64,000 nt of DNA from Sphingomonas sp. MMS24-J13 (GTDB taxonomy: Bacteria > Pseudomonadota > Alphaproteobacteria > Sphingomonadales > Sphingomonadaceae), in assembly GCF_044905095.1 (NCBI RefSeq), contig NZ_CP173258.1, positions 2,931,277-2,995,276 on the forward strand, written 5' to 3'. Positions 16,840-25,332 of the stretch are shown piece after piece. Below the pieces are notes generated by a model. It saw only the letters and a list, made by a program, of their open reading frames with translations, did not search any database and was not told where the DNA came from. The stretch's first letter is position 1. Each line of letters begins with the position of its first letter. Made by a program: the position numbers and the translations under genes.

Positions 16840-18756
16840 ATGGCTTTGGTGAAGAAAACCGCGTTGGGAACCCGCAAGCGGGCCGTCGTCCCGGCCGAAG
16901 CGCCGGCAGCGGCCAAGCCGGCCCCGCGGCGCCCCGCCGCGGCGCCTGCGCGCGCGGCAACGGTGGTGCAGCGGATCGATCAGGCGACGCAGGAACTGGC
17001 GAGCGGGCTGGCCGAGGCGTCGGCAGCATCGACCGAGCTTCAGCAATCGATGGATCAGATCTCCAGCGGCGCGGAAGAAGCGGCGGGCGCCGCACAGGAA
17101 TTGTTGGGCGCGATCGCGGCGCTCGGTGCCGCTTTCCAGAAAGCGCGCGAGCGCGCCGAGGAATCGCGCCGCCAGTCCGAAACCGTGCAGGTCGCCTTCC
17201 AGGAGGCAAGCGTCCAGATCGACACGTCGGTCGCGGCGATCGAGCTCAATGCGCGCCGGCAGCTCGCCACGGTCGAAACCATCGACGCGCTCGAGGCGGC
17301 GGCGTCCGATATCGGCGAGATCGGCCAGGCGGTGGCGGACCTGTCCGAGCAGACCAGCCTGCTCGCGCTCAACGCGGCGATCGAGGCGGCGCGCGCCGGC
17401 GACAGCGGCTCCGCCTTCGCGGTGGTCGCCGACGAGGTGCGGGCGCTGGCCGAGACTTCCGAGGGCAATGCCGGCGATATCCAGCGGCTGTCAGCCAGCA
17501 TCGCCACCGAGGTTCGCGCCGTCGCCGATCGGGTGCGCGCGGCGGCGGCCACCGCCACGGCGGAGGCCGATGCCGGGCGCGGCGTCATCGCCCAGCTCGA
17601 GACCGGCCGCAGCGAACTCGCCGCGCTGGCGAGCGGCTCGCAGGAGATCCTGCTGACCGCGGTCGAGGCCGACGGCGCGGCGCGCGAGGCCCAGCGCGGC
17701 GCCGAGCAGGTGGCGAGCGCGGCGGAGGAGCAATCCGCCGCCGCGGCCGAGGCACAGCAGGCGATCACGCAGCAGAGCCTGTCGCTCGAGCAGAGCCAGC
17801 AGACCGCCGAGGAACTCGGCCGGCTGACCGGCGCGCTGGAGGACGAAGCCGCACGCCAGATGACCGCGCAGGAAGTGGCCGCGGCGGCCGAGGAATTGTC
17901 GGCGACCGTGCAGGAATTGTCGGGCGCTTCCAGCCAGATCCAAGTCGCGATCGAGCAGATCGGGCGCGGCGCCGAGATCCAGGCGGCCGCGACGCTCGAG
18001 GCGAACAGCGCGATGGCGCAGATCGAGAGGTCGGCGGCACTGGCGGAGGAACGGTCGAGCGAGGCGGCCGCGCGCATCGGGGGCGTCGTCGCCGGCGTGG
18101 CCGTCAGCCGTGAAACCGTGGGCCGGCTCGCCGCGGGGGTCGATACGGCTTTGGTCGAAACACGCGCCGTGCTCGGCCTGCTCGCCGGCCTCAACGAGAC
18201 CGGACGGCGGATCGAGAAGATCACCGACGGCCTCGCCTCGATCGCGTTGCAGACCAACATGCTCGCAGTCAGCGGATCGGTCGAGGCGACACGCGCCGCC
18301 GAAGCCGGAGTCGGCTTCGCTACGGTGGCTGGCGATATCCGCAAGCTTTCGCGCGAAGCCGCGCTCAATGCCGAGCGCGCCAGGGATGTCATCCGCGCGA
18401 TCCAGGATCAGGTGACCGCCGTCCGCCGCGATCTCGACCAGATCGTCGGCGCGGCCGAAGACGAGACCGCGCGCAACCGCGCGATGGTCGAGCGCTTCCG
18501 CATGATTGCGGCCGATCTCGACGCGGCGCAGGCGGCAAGCCGCGGTATTTCCGGCGATGCCGAGGCAATTCTGCGATCGGTGCGCGAGGTCAAGAGCGGG
18601 ACCGAGCAGATCGCGACCGCCGCCGACATCGCCTCCAGCGCCGCGCGGGAGGCCGCCAGCGCCGCCCGCCAGCAGGCGCAGGGGACCGAATTGCTCGCCG
18701 CCGCGATCGAGGAGATCGCATCGCTCGCCGAAGCGCTGGCGACGCAGGCCGCCTGA
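16840..18756 (+). CDS. Soluble methyl-accepting chemotaxis protein with two tandem signalling (MA) domains
   Basis: No TM segments. Canonical tip motif TSLLALNAAIEAARAGDSGSAFAVVADEVRALAE, and a second degenerate copy QTNMLAVSGSVEATRAAEAGVGFATVAGDIRKLS about 300 aa downstream. The 1027-aa ORF's N-terminal portion is antisense to the neighbouring gene. Confidence 0.8.
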   Translation: MALVKKTALGTRKRAVVPAEAPAAAKPAPRRPAAAPARAATVVQRIDQATQELASGLAEASAASTELQQSMDQISSGAEEAAGAAQELLGAIAALGAAFQKARERAEESRRQSETVQVAFQEASVQIDTSVAAIELNARRQLATVETIDALEAAASDIGEIGQAVADLSEQTSLLALNAAIEAARAGDSGSAFAVVADEVRALAETSEGNAGDIQRLSASIATEVRAVADRVRAAAATATAEADAGRGVIAQLETGRSELAALASGSQEILLTAVEADGAAREAQRGAEQVASAAEEQSAAAAEAQQAITQQSLSLEQSQQTAEELGRLTGALEDEAARQMTAQEVAAAAEELSATVQELSGASSQIQVAIEQIGRGAEIQAAATLEANSAMAQIERSAALAEERSSEAAARIGGVVAGVAVSRETVGRLAAGVDTALVETRAVLGLLAGLNETGRRIEKITDGLASIALQTNMLAVSGSVEATRAAEAGVGFATVAGDIRKLSREAALNAERARDVIRAIQDQVTAVRRDLDQIVGAAEDETARNRAMVERFRMIAADLDAAQAASRGISGDAEAILRSVREVKSGTEQIATAADIASSAAREAASAARQQAQGTELLAAAIEEIASLAEALATQAA

Positions 18757-18758
18757 GC

Positions 18759-20141
18759 ATGGCACGCGCCGCCAAGCCCGATACGGAGCGCGTGCTCGCC
18801 TTCCGCGTGGGAGACGAGCGGTTCGGCTTGCCGGCCGCGATCGTGCGTGAAGTGGCGCGGATACCGCGCGTGACGCGGGTGCCGCATGCGCCCGCCAGCC
18901 TGATCGGGCTCGGCAATTTTCGCGGAGCGGTGCTGCCGATCGTGTCCTTCGCCAAGCTGGCCGATCGTACGGCGCACGACGAGCGGCGCGTGATCCTGCT
19001 CGACACGACCAGCCCGCTCGCGCTCGCCGTCGACGAGGTGACGGCACTTGGCGAGGACGAGCGGGTCCAGCGCATCGACATCGGCACGCTTACCGCGCGC
19101 GATTTCGCCGGCGGCAACCGCAAGGCGCGGGTCGCCGCCAAGAGCGTCGAGGCAGACGCGACGGAGGCCGAAGGCGTCGTCACGCTCGTCGCATTTGCCG
19201 TCGCCGGGCAAGATTATGCGCTACCGGTCACGGCGGTGCAGGAGGTGCTGCGGCTGCCCGCCGGTATCGCGTTGCTGCCACATGCCGATGCGGTCGTGGT
19301 GGGATCGGTCGCGGTGCGCGATGCACTGCTGCCGTTATTGTCGCTTCAGGCGCTGCTGGGGTTGCCGGGCGAGCACGATCACAGCCGCGCGCGGGTCGTG
19401 GTGGTGAAGATGGGCTCGCATCGTATCGGGCTGGTCGTCGATGCGATGCATGCGATCCTGCGTGTTTCCGAACACGATATCGATCCGGTGCCGGCGGTAC
19501 TGGCACGCGGCACGGCCGAAGCGCGCGTGCAGGCGATCTGTCGGCTGGACGAGGGCCGGCGGCTCGTCTCTGTGCTCGCGATCGAGCATCTCGTCCGCGA
19601 AGATCTCACCCAGCGCCTGCTGCAAGGAACCGAGGAAGCGATGGCCGGGCAAGACGCAAGCGAGCCAACCGAGCAGTTCTTGCTCTTCCGCGTCGGCGAG
19701 GAGGAGTTCGGTCTGCCGATCGGCGCGGTGGTCGAGGTGGCGCGCCCGCCGGCCAAATTGACCAAATTGCCCAAAGCGCCGGCCTTCGTGCAGGGGATCA
19801 TGAATTTGCGCGGTGCGGTGGTGCCGGTGATCGATCAGGCGCAACGCTTTGGCGCGGCGGCCGCAACCGGCGCGCGCCGACGAGTGATCGTCGTTCGCCT
19901 GGGTGCGTTACAGGCCGGGTTCGTGGTCGACTCGGTATCGGAGGTGATGCGGATTCCGGCGAGCGCACTCCGTCCGGCACCCGAGCTTGGCGGCGAGGAG
20001 ACGCGGGTCTTCGATCGCGTCGCCAATCTGGAAGAGGCCGGGCGGATGGTGCTGATCGTCAGCCCGCAGGAACTGCTCGATCGCGCCGAGCGTGCAATGC
20101 TGGCGAAGCTCAGCGGAAAGCTGCCGGCCACCGCACCGTGA
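18759..20141 (+). CDS. cheW: Triple-CheW-domain coupling protein
   Basis: Three consecutive CheW-like modules beginning at about residues 10, 150 and 305 (FRVGDERFGLP..., FAVAGQDYALP..., FRVGEEEFGLP...). Confidence 0.8.
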   Translation: MARAAKPDTERVLAFRVGDERFGLPAAIVREVARIPRVTRVPHAPASLIGLGNFRGAVLPIVSFAKLADRTAHDERRVILLDTTSPLALAVDEVTALGEDERVQRIDIGTLTARDFAGGNRKARVAAKSVEADATEAEGVVTLVAFAVAGQDYALPVTAVQEVLRLPAGIALLPHADAVVVGSVAVRDALLPLLSLQALLGLPGEHDHSRARVVVVKMGSHRIGLVVDAMHAILRVSEHDIDPVPAVLARGTAEARVQAICRLDEGRRLVSVLAIEHLVREDLTQRLLQGTEEAMAGQDASEPTEQFLLFRVGEEEFGLPIGAVVEVARPPAKLTKLPKAPAFVQGIMNLRGAVVPVIDQAQRFGAAAATGARRRVIVVRLGALQAGFVVDSVSEVMRIPASALRPAPELGGEETRVFDRVANLEEAGRMVLIVSPQELLDRAERAMLAKLSGKLPATAP

Positions 20142-21223
20142 TCCGCCTGCTTATCGTCGATGATTCGCCGCTGATGCGGAAGTTGCTGACCGATATCTTC
20201 GCCGCGGAAAGTGATTTCGAGGTGGGGGTGGCACGCAACGGGCCGGAGGCGCTTGCGGCTTTGCCGGTGTTCAAGCCCGATGTGATCACGCTCGATATCC
20301 ATATGCCCGAGATGGACGGCCTTGCCTGCCTCGATCGGATCATGGTCGAGCGGCCCTGCCCGGTGGTGATGATCTCCTCGCTCACTGCAGAAGGGGCCGA
20401 CGAGACGCTGGAGGCGATGGCGCTGGGCGCGGTCGATTTCGTCGCCAAGCCGCGCGGGCCGGTCTCGATCGAGATCGAGGCGATGACGTCCCTGCTGGTC
20501 GACAAGGTGCGTGCCGCCGCCCGCGCGCGGATATCGCGCGCGACGCGGCTGACCGAACGCGTCAGGTTGCGGACAACCAGGCCGCCCGCGCCGAAGCCGC
20601 GCCCGACCCGGCTTTCCCAGACGAACAAGCCCCGCGTTTCGGGCGGCGACGAGGGGCTGGTGCTGGTCGGCACCTCGACCGGCGGGCCGGCGGCACTGGA
20701 CGTGCTGCTCGGCCAGATCCCGGCCGATTTTCCGTGGCCGATCGTGATTGCGCAGCACATGCCGGCCAGCTTCACCGGGGCGCTCGCCCGCCGGCTCGAT
20801 CGCTTCTGCCCGCTCGTGATCGAGGAGGTGACCAGGCCCACACCCCTGATCGCCGGCCACGCCTATATCGGCCGCGGCGATGCCGACCTGCTGGTGACGC
20901 GGCGCAATGGCGCGCTTGCCGCTTTGCCGGCGCCGAGCGCACCCGAACTGCATTGGCATCCAAGCGTCGACCGGCTCGTGACCAGCGCGATGGATCATGT
21001 TGCACCCGAACGCCTGATCGGCGTGTTGATGACCGGCATGGGCGCGGACGGCGCCAAAGCGATGACGGCGCTGGCCGGTCGGGGAGGATTGACCATTGCG
21101 GAAGCTGAGGAAAGTGCGGTCGTGTGGGGCATGCCCGGATCGCTCGTCGCGATGGGCGGTGCCGATCATGTCGTGCCGCTCGACGCGATTGCGGGCCGTC
21201 TGATGAGCCTGATCCAACCGTGA
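20138..21223 (+). CDS. cheB: Chemotaxis response regulator protein-glutamate methylesterase CheB
   Basis: GTG start overlapping the cheW stop. REC domain (LIVDDSPLMRKLL...DIHMPEMDG) plus methylesterase domain (GTSTGGPAAL, IAQHMP). Confidence 0.9.
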   Translation: MIRLLIVDDSPLMRKLLTDIFAAESDFEVGVARNGPEALAALPVFKPDVITLDIHMPEMDGLACLDRIMVERPCPVVMISSLTAEGADETLEAMALGAVDFVAKPRGPVSIEIEAMTSLLVDKVRAAARARISRATRLTERVRLRTTRPPAPKPRPTRLSQTNKPRVSGGDEGLVLVGTSTGGPAALDVLLGQIPADFPWPIVIAQHMPASFTGALARRLDRFCPLVIEEVTRPTPLIAGHAYIGRGDADLLVTRRNGALAALPAPSAPELHWHPSVDRLVTSAMDHVAPERLIGVLMTGMGADGAKAMTALAGRGGLTIAEAEESAVVWGMPGSLVAMGGADHVVPLDAIAGRLMSLIQP

Positions 21224-22074
21224 GCGATGCGGGCGACGGCCCCAGAAGCGCGATACCCATATTGTCCGAAGACGAATTGGGCCGGGTTACCGAATTGATC
21301 TACCGCTGGACGGGGATGACCTTCGGCGAAACCAAGCGATATTATATCGAGCGGCGCGTTGCCGATCGCATCGCCGCCACGAAGACGGGCGATGCGCGCA
21401 CCTATCTCGCCTACCTCGCCAGCCACGCCGCCGAGCGCGAGACGTTGATCAACGCCTTCACCGTCAACGAAACCTATTTCTATCGCGAGGACCATCAGCT
21501 CGCCGCGCTTTCGAAGGAGATCCTGCCGCAGATCGTCGCGGACAAGCGCCCCGGCGATCTCGTCCGCATCTGGTCGATGCCATGCTCGACCGGGGACGAA
21601 GCCTATTCGATCGCGATCTGGCTGCTCGAACATTGGCCGCTGGTCGATGCCTACAATGTCGAAATCATGGGATCGGATATCGACACCACCGCGATCGAAC
21701 AGGCCAAGGCAGGGCGCTACGCCGCGCGCGCGCTGGCGCGGCTGCCGGCGGAGGTAGTCGAACGCTATTTCGAGGCGGAGCATCGTCATCGCCGCAAGAT
21801 CATCGACGATCTGCGCGAATCGGTGCATTTCACGCCCGCCAACCTGTTCGATCGATCGACGTTGGTGCCGCTCGGCAAGTTCGATGTCATCCTTTGCCGC
21901 AATATGCTGATCTATTTCGACGATGCATCGCGCCTGATCGCGGCGGAGCATCTGTTCGATTGCCTGCGCCCGCGCGGTTTCCTGCTGCTGGGGCATAGCG
22001 AATTGATGGCGCGGATCACCGATCGTTTCACGATGGTTCGCCTCGAGGATGCAATCGTCTATCGTCGCCCCTGA
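21220..22074 (+). CDS. cheR: Chemotaxis protein methyltransferase CheR
   Basis: GTG start overlapping the cheB stop. CheR N-terminal helical domain and SAM-dependent methyltransferase domain (IWSMPCSTGDEAYSIAI, VILCRNMLIYFD). Confidence 0.85.
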   Translation: MSDAGDGPRSAIPILSEDELGRVTELIYRWTGMTFGETKRYYIERRVADRIAATKTGDARTYLAYLASHAAERETLINAFTVNETYFYREDHQLAALSKEILPQIVADKRPGDLVRIWSMPCSTGDEAYSIAIWLLEHWPLVDAYNVEIMGSDIDTTAIEQAKAGRYAARALARLPAEVVERYFEAEHRHRRKIIDDLRESVHFTPANLFDRSTLVPLGKFDVILCRNMLIYFDDASRLIAAEHLFDCLRPRGFLLLGHSELMARITDRFTMVRLEDAIVYRRP

Positions 22075-23999
22075 TGGACGAACTGCTCGAGCAATTCCTG
22101 ATCGAAGGGCGCGACCTGGTGCTGCAAGGCCAGGCGGAGTTCGCCGTCCTGCTCGACGAACCGGCGAACGCACGCGCGATAGACGGTGCCTTCCGCGCAA
22201 TCCACACCCTCAAGGGATCGGTCGGCATCTTCGACATGCGCGCCGCCGAGCGCGTGCTTCACGCCGCCGAGACCCTGCTCGATCGCGCGCGTAAGGACCC
22301 GGCCGGATTGCCTGCAGATGCGGTACCGCGGCTCGTCGAGAGCCTCGACCAGATCGATCGCTGGATCGACGAACTCGAACGGGACGGCGCGATCGGCGCA
22401 GGCGCCGACGCGATCGCCGATCGACTGCTGGGCGACGTCGCGGTTCTCGCCGAAGCACCCGCAGGCGAAGCCACTGCGGCAGAAGCGGTTCCGCAATGGG
22501 CCGCCGATCTGGTCGCGCACGAGATCGACACGCTGGCGGGTGCCGACGCTCCGCTCGTCGCCTTCCGCTACACCCCCGATACCGACGCCTTTTTCCGCGG
22601 CGACGATCCGATCACCCTGATCTCGCAGGTCCCCGCGATCGCGGCGCTCGCCGTTTTGCCGTCCGGCGGCGCATGGCCTGACTCGGCGATGTTCGATCCC
22701 TTCGCCTGCACGATGGTGATCGAGGGCCTGTCCGGCGCGCCGATCGACGATTTGCGCGCGATATTCCGGCTCGTGCCCGATCAGGTCTCCTTGCATGCGA
22801 TCGAAGCAAGGAGCGTCGGCGTCGCGGACTCGGTGTCCACCAGCACGATCTTGCGGGTCGATGCCGCACGGGTGGACGCACTGGCGGATGAAGTGGGTGA
22901 ATTGTCGGTCGCGGCGAATGCCTTCTCGGCCATCGCGGAGCGTGCGGCGCGGATCGATCCTGCCCTCGCGCTGGCGATCCGCGCCGCGCAGGCCGATCTC
23001 GATCGGTCGATCGGTGCGGTCCATCGGTCGGTCACGGCGGTGCGGCTGGTGCCGCTCGGGCCCGCGCTGGCGCGCCTGCCGCGCCAGGTGCGGGAGATCG
23101 CGGCCGGGCTCGGCAAGCCGGTCGAATTCACCGTCAGCGGCGATCAGATCGAAGTCGACAAGCAGATCGCCGATGGCCTGTTCGAGCCGTTGCTCCATCT
23201 CGTCCGCAACGCGATCGACCATGGTATCGAGCCGGCGGAGGCTCGCGCCGCGGCGGGCAAGGCGGCGACCGGGCAGTTGTCGCTCCGGATCGCACGCGAC
23301 GGCGAGGACGTCGTCGTAACATTGGCCGACGACGGCGCCGGAATCGATCCGGCCCGCATCCGCGACGTCGCGATCCAACGGCGGCTGATCGATGCCGAGG
23401 CGGCGGCGCGACTGACCGACGCAGCGACGACCGCCCTGATCTTCGCGCCCGGTTTCTCGACCGCGGCGACGGTGAGCGGTGTATCCGGGCGCGGGGTCGG
23501 CATGGACGCGGTTCAGGCGGCGGTCGATCGCATGCGCGGCCGGATCGAAATCGATAGCCGGATCGGCGAGGGCACGCGGTTCGTGCTGCGGTTGCCCGCC
23601 AATGCGCTCACCACCCGGCTGCTGCTGGTCGAGATCGGGCAAGACCGCTACGCGGTGCCGTTCGATCAGATCGTCGAGACCGCCCGGGTGAGCCAGGACC
23701 GGCTGGTTCCGCTCGGCACCGGCACTGCCTGCGTGCTGCGCAATCGCACCGTGCCCGTGCTGAGCCTGGCCGAATTGCTCGGCGGGGCGGAGGCCCGATC
23801 CGATCCGGCACGGCTGCTCATCACCCACGCCAGCGGTGAGCCGGTAGCGCTGCGGGTCGACGGCTTCAGCGATCGGATCGATGCGATGGTGCGCCCGCCG
23901 ACCGGCCTGCTCGCGGGCGTACCGAGCGTGGCCGGCACGACGCTGACGGGCGATGGCGGCGTGCTGATCGTGCTCGACCTGCTGGAGCTGGTCGGATGA
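22074..23999 (+). CDS. cheA: Chemotaxis histidine kinase CheA
   Basis: Hpt domain with HTLKGS, dimerisation and HATPase_c (GRGVGMD) domains, C-terminal CheW-like P5 domain, and no receiver. Start overlaps the cheR stop. Confidence 0.9.
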   Translation: MDELLEQFLIEGRDLVLQGQAEFAVLLDEPANARAIDGAFRAIHTLKGSVGIFDMRAAERVLHAAETLLDRARKDPAGLPADAVPRLVESLDQIDRWIDELERDGAIGAGADAIADRLLGDVAVLAEAPAGEATAAEAVPQWAADLVAHEIDTLAGADAPLVAFRYTPDTDAFFRGDDPITLISQVPAIAALAVLPSGGAWPDSAMFDPFACTMVIEGLSGAPIDDLRAIFRLVPDQVSLHAIEARSVGVADSVSTSTILRVDAARVDALADEVGELSVAANAFSAIAERAARIDPALALAIRAAQADLDRSIGAVHRSVTAVRLVPLGPALARLPRQVREIAAGLGKPVEFTVSGDQIEVDKQIADGLFEPLLHLVRNAIDHGIEPAEARAAAGKAATGQLSLRIARDGEDVVVTLADDGAGIDPARIRDVAIQRRLIDAEAAARLTDAATTALIFAPGFSTAATVSGVSGRGVGMDAVQAAVDRMRGRIEIDSRIGEGTRFVLRLPANALTTRLLLVEIGQDRYAVPFDQIVETARVSQDRLVPLGTGTACVLRNRTVPVLSLAELLGGAEARSDPARLLITHASGEPVALRVDGFSDRIDAMVRPPTGLLAGVPSVAGTTLTGDGGVLIVLDLLELVG

Positions 24000-24259
24000 G
24001 CGTGGAAGTGGTTGGCGGCACGATCCGGATCATCGGCAATGCCACCGTTGCGGATGCAGAGCCGCTGCTGGTGGCATTGCAAGGCGATCCGGCCCGGCAT
24101 ATTGATCTTGGCCAGGCGGTACATCTTCACAGCGCCGTAATCCAGATCCTGCTCGCGCTGCGCCCGCGCATCATCGGCAACCCGGCCTATCCATTCTTCA
24201 ACGACTGTATTTTACCGCGCTTGATCGAAGCCAGTGTCCCGCATAGCCCGCCGGGCTAG
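23996..24259 (+). CDS. Small STAS-like protein (putative anti-sigma-antagonist fold), translationally coupled to cheA
   Basis: ATGA overlap with the cheA stop. 87 aa, beta-alpha pattern TIRIIGNATVADAEPLLVALQ reminiscent of STAS. Weak assignment. Confidence 0.4.
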   Translation: MSVEVVGGTIRIIGNATVADAEPLLVALQGDPARHIDLGQAVHLHSAVIQILLALRPRIIGNPAYPFFNDCILPRLIEASVPHSPPG

Positions 24260-24313
24260 ATATATTGTTCGAGCGGCGCGAAGGCGTCCTGAAAACTTGT
24301 TTGGAGTTGCCGG

Positions 24314-24697
24314 ATGGCGGTTACGGTTCTGATAGTCGACGATAGCAAGCTGGCACGCATCGTCGCCGGCAAGGCGCTGGCCGTCCTGCAACCCGAATGG
24401 CAGAAAGCCGAAGCCGGCAGCGCCGATCAGGCGATGGAGGTTCTTGCCGCGCAGGCGATCGATGTCGCCCTAATCGACTTCAACATGCCCGATCGCGACG
24501 GCCTCCAGCTTGCCGAGGAATTGCGCGCGCTTCGGCAGGATATGCCGATCGCGATCATCACCGCCAACATCCAGGACGAGGTTATCGCGCGCGCGCGCGC
24601 AGTCGGTGCCACCTTCGTCGCCAAACCGGTCACCGCGGATGGGCTGCATGGTTTTCTGTCGGGCGCAGCGCTGCGGCTGCGAGCCGTAAAGGGATGA
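24314..24697 (+). CDS. cheY: Single-domain CheY-like response regulator
   Basis: REC domain: LIVDDSKLAR, DFNMPDRDG, and a conserved Lys region. Confidence 0.8.
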   Translation: MAVTVLIVDDSKLARIVAGKALAVLQPEWQKAEAGSADQAMEVLAAQAIDVALIDFNMPDRDGLQLAEELRALRQDMPIAIITANIQDEVIARARAVGATFVAKPVTADGLHGFLSGAALRLRAVKG

Positions 24698-25332
24698 TTC
24701 CTGAGAGCATTGCGCTGGCCGAACTCGAGCGCGATGCGCTGACCGAGATCGTCAATATCGGCGTCAGCCGCGCCGCGTCCAACCTGCGCAAGATGATCGG
24801 CGGCGAGGTCTTGCTCTCGGTGCCGTCGATAGAGGTGGTGAGCCAGCGCCGCGCCGCGCGGCTGATCAGCGAACGAGAGGTGAGCGAGCTGATCGCCGTC
24901 CGTCAGAATTTCCAGGGCCCCTTCTCCGGCTGCGCGTTGCTGATCTTTCCCGAAACCAACAGCCTCGAACTGGTGCGCGCGGTGACGGGCGGCGAACTGA
25001 GCACGGCCGAACTGATCGAGATGGAGCATGAGGCGCTGGCGGAGACCGGGAATATCATCCTCAATTCGTGCCTCGCGACGATGGCGAACATGCTCAAGCG
25101 ATCGCTGACGATGACCTTGCCAGAAGTCATTCGCGGATCCGGCTCGACCCTGTTCGACGTCAACGAGAGCACGACGGCGGACGGGCTCGTGCTGTTCCTC
25201 TATATCGATTTCGCCGTCCGCAAGCATGACATTCGTGGGTATATAGCGATGATCATGGACCTGCCCTCGCTCACCACGCTCAAGGAATTGCTGGGCGAAT
25301 TCATCGAGCGCATCGTCGGCAGCGATGGCTGA
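24694..25332 (+). CDS. cheC: CheC-family CheY-P phosphatase
   Basis: Two CheC active-site-like segments (DALTEIVNIGVSRAASNL and EALAETGNIILNSCLATMANML). ATGA overlap with the cheY stop. Confidence 0.7.
   Translation: MIPESIALAELERDALTEIVNIGVSRAASNLRKMIGGEVLLSVPSIEVVSQRRAARLISEREVSELIAVRQNFQGPFSGCALLIFPETNSLELVRAVTGGELSTAELIEMEHEALAETGNIILNSCLATMANMLKRSLTMTLPEVIRGSGSTLFDVNESTTADGLVLFLYIDFAVRKHDIRGYIAMIMDLPSLTTLKELLGEFIERIVGSDG

Noticed and set aside
17055-19047. Long minus-strand ORFs (445 and 518 aa) across the MCP/cheW genes
   Set aside because: Ala/Ser/Arg-rich antisense translations of Ala-rich coiled-coil coding sequence. No start context or domains.
22059-23828. 589-aa minus-strand ORF antisense to cheA
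   Set aside because: Antisense artefact. The plus strand encodes an intact CheA with Hpt, HATPase_c and CheW-like domains.
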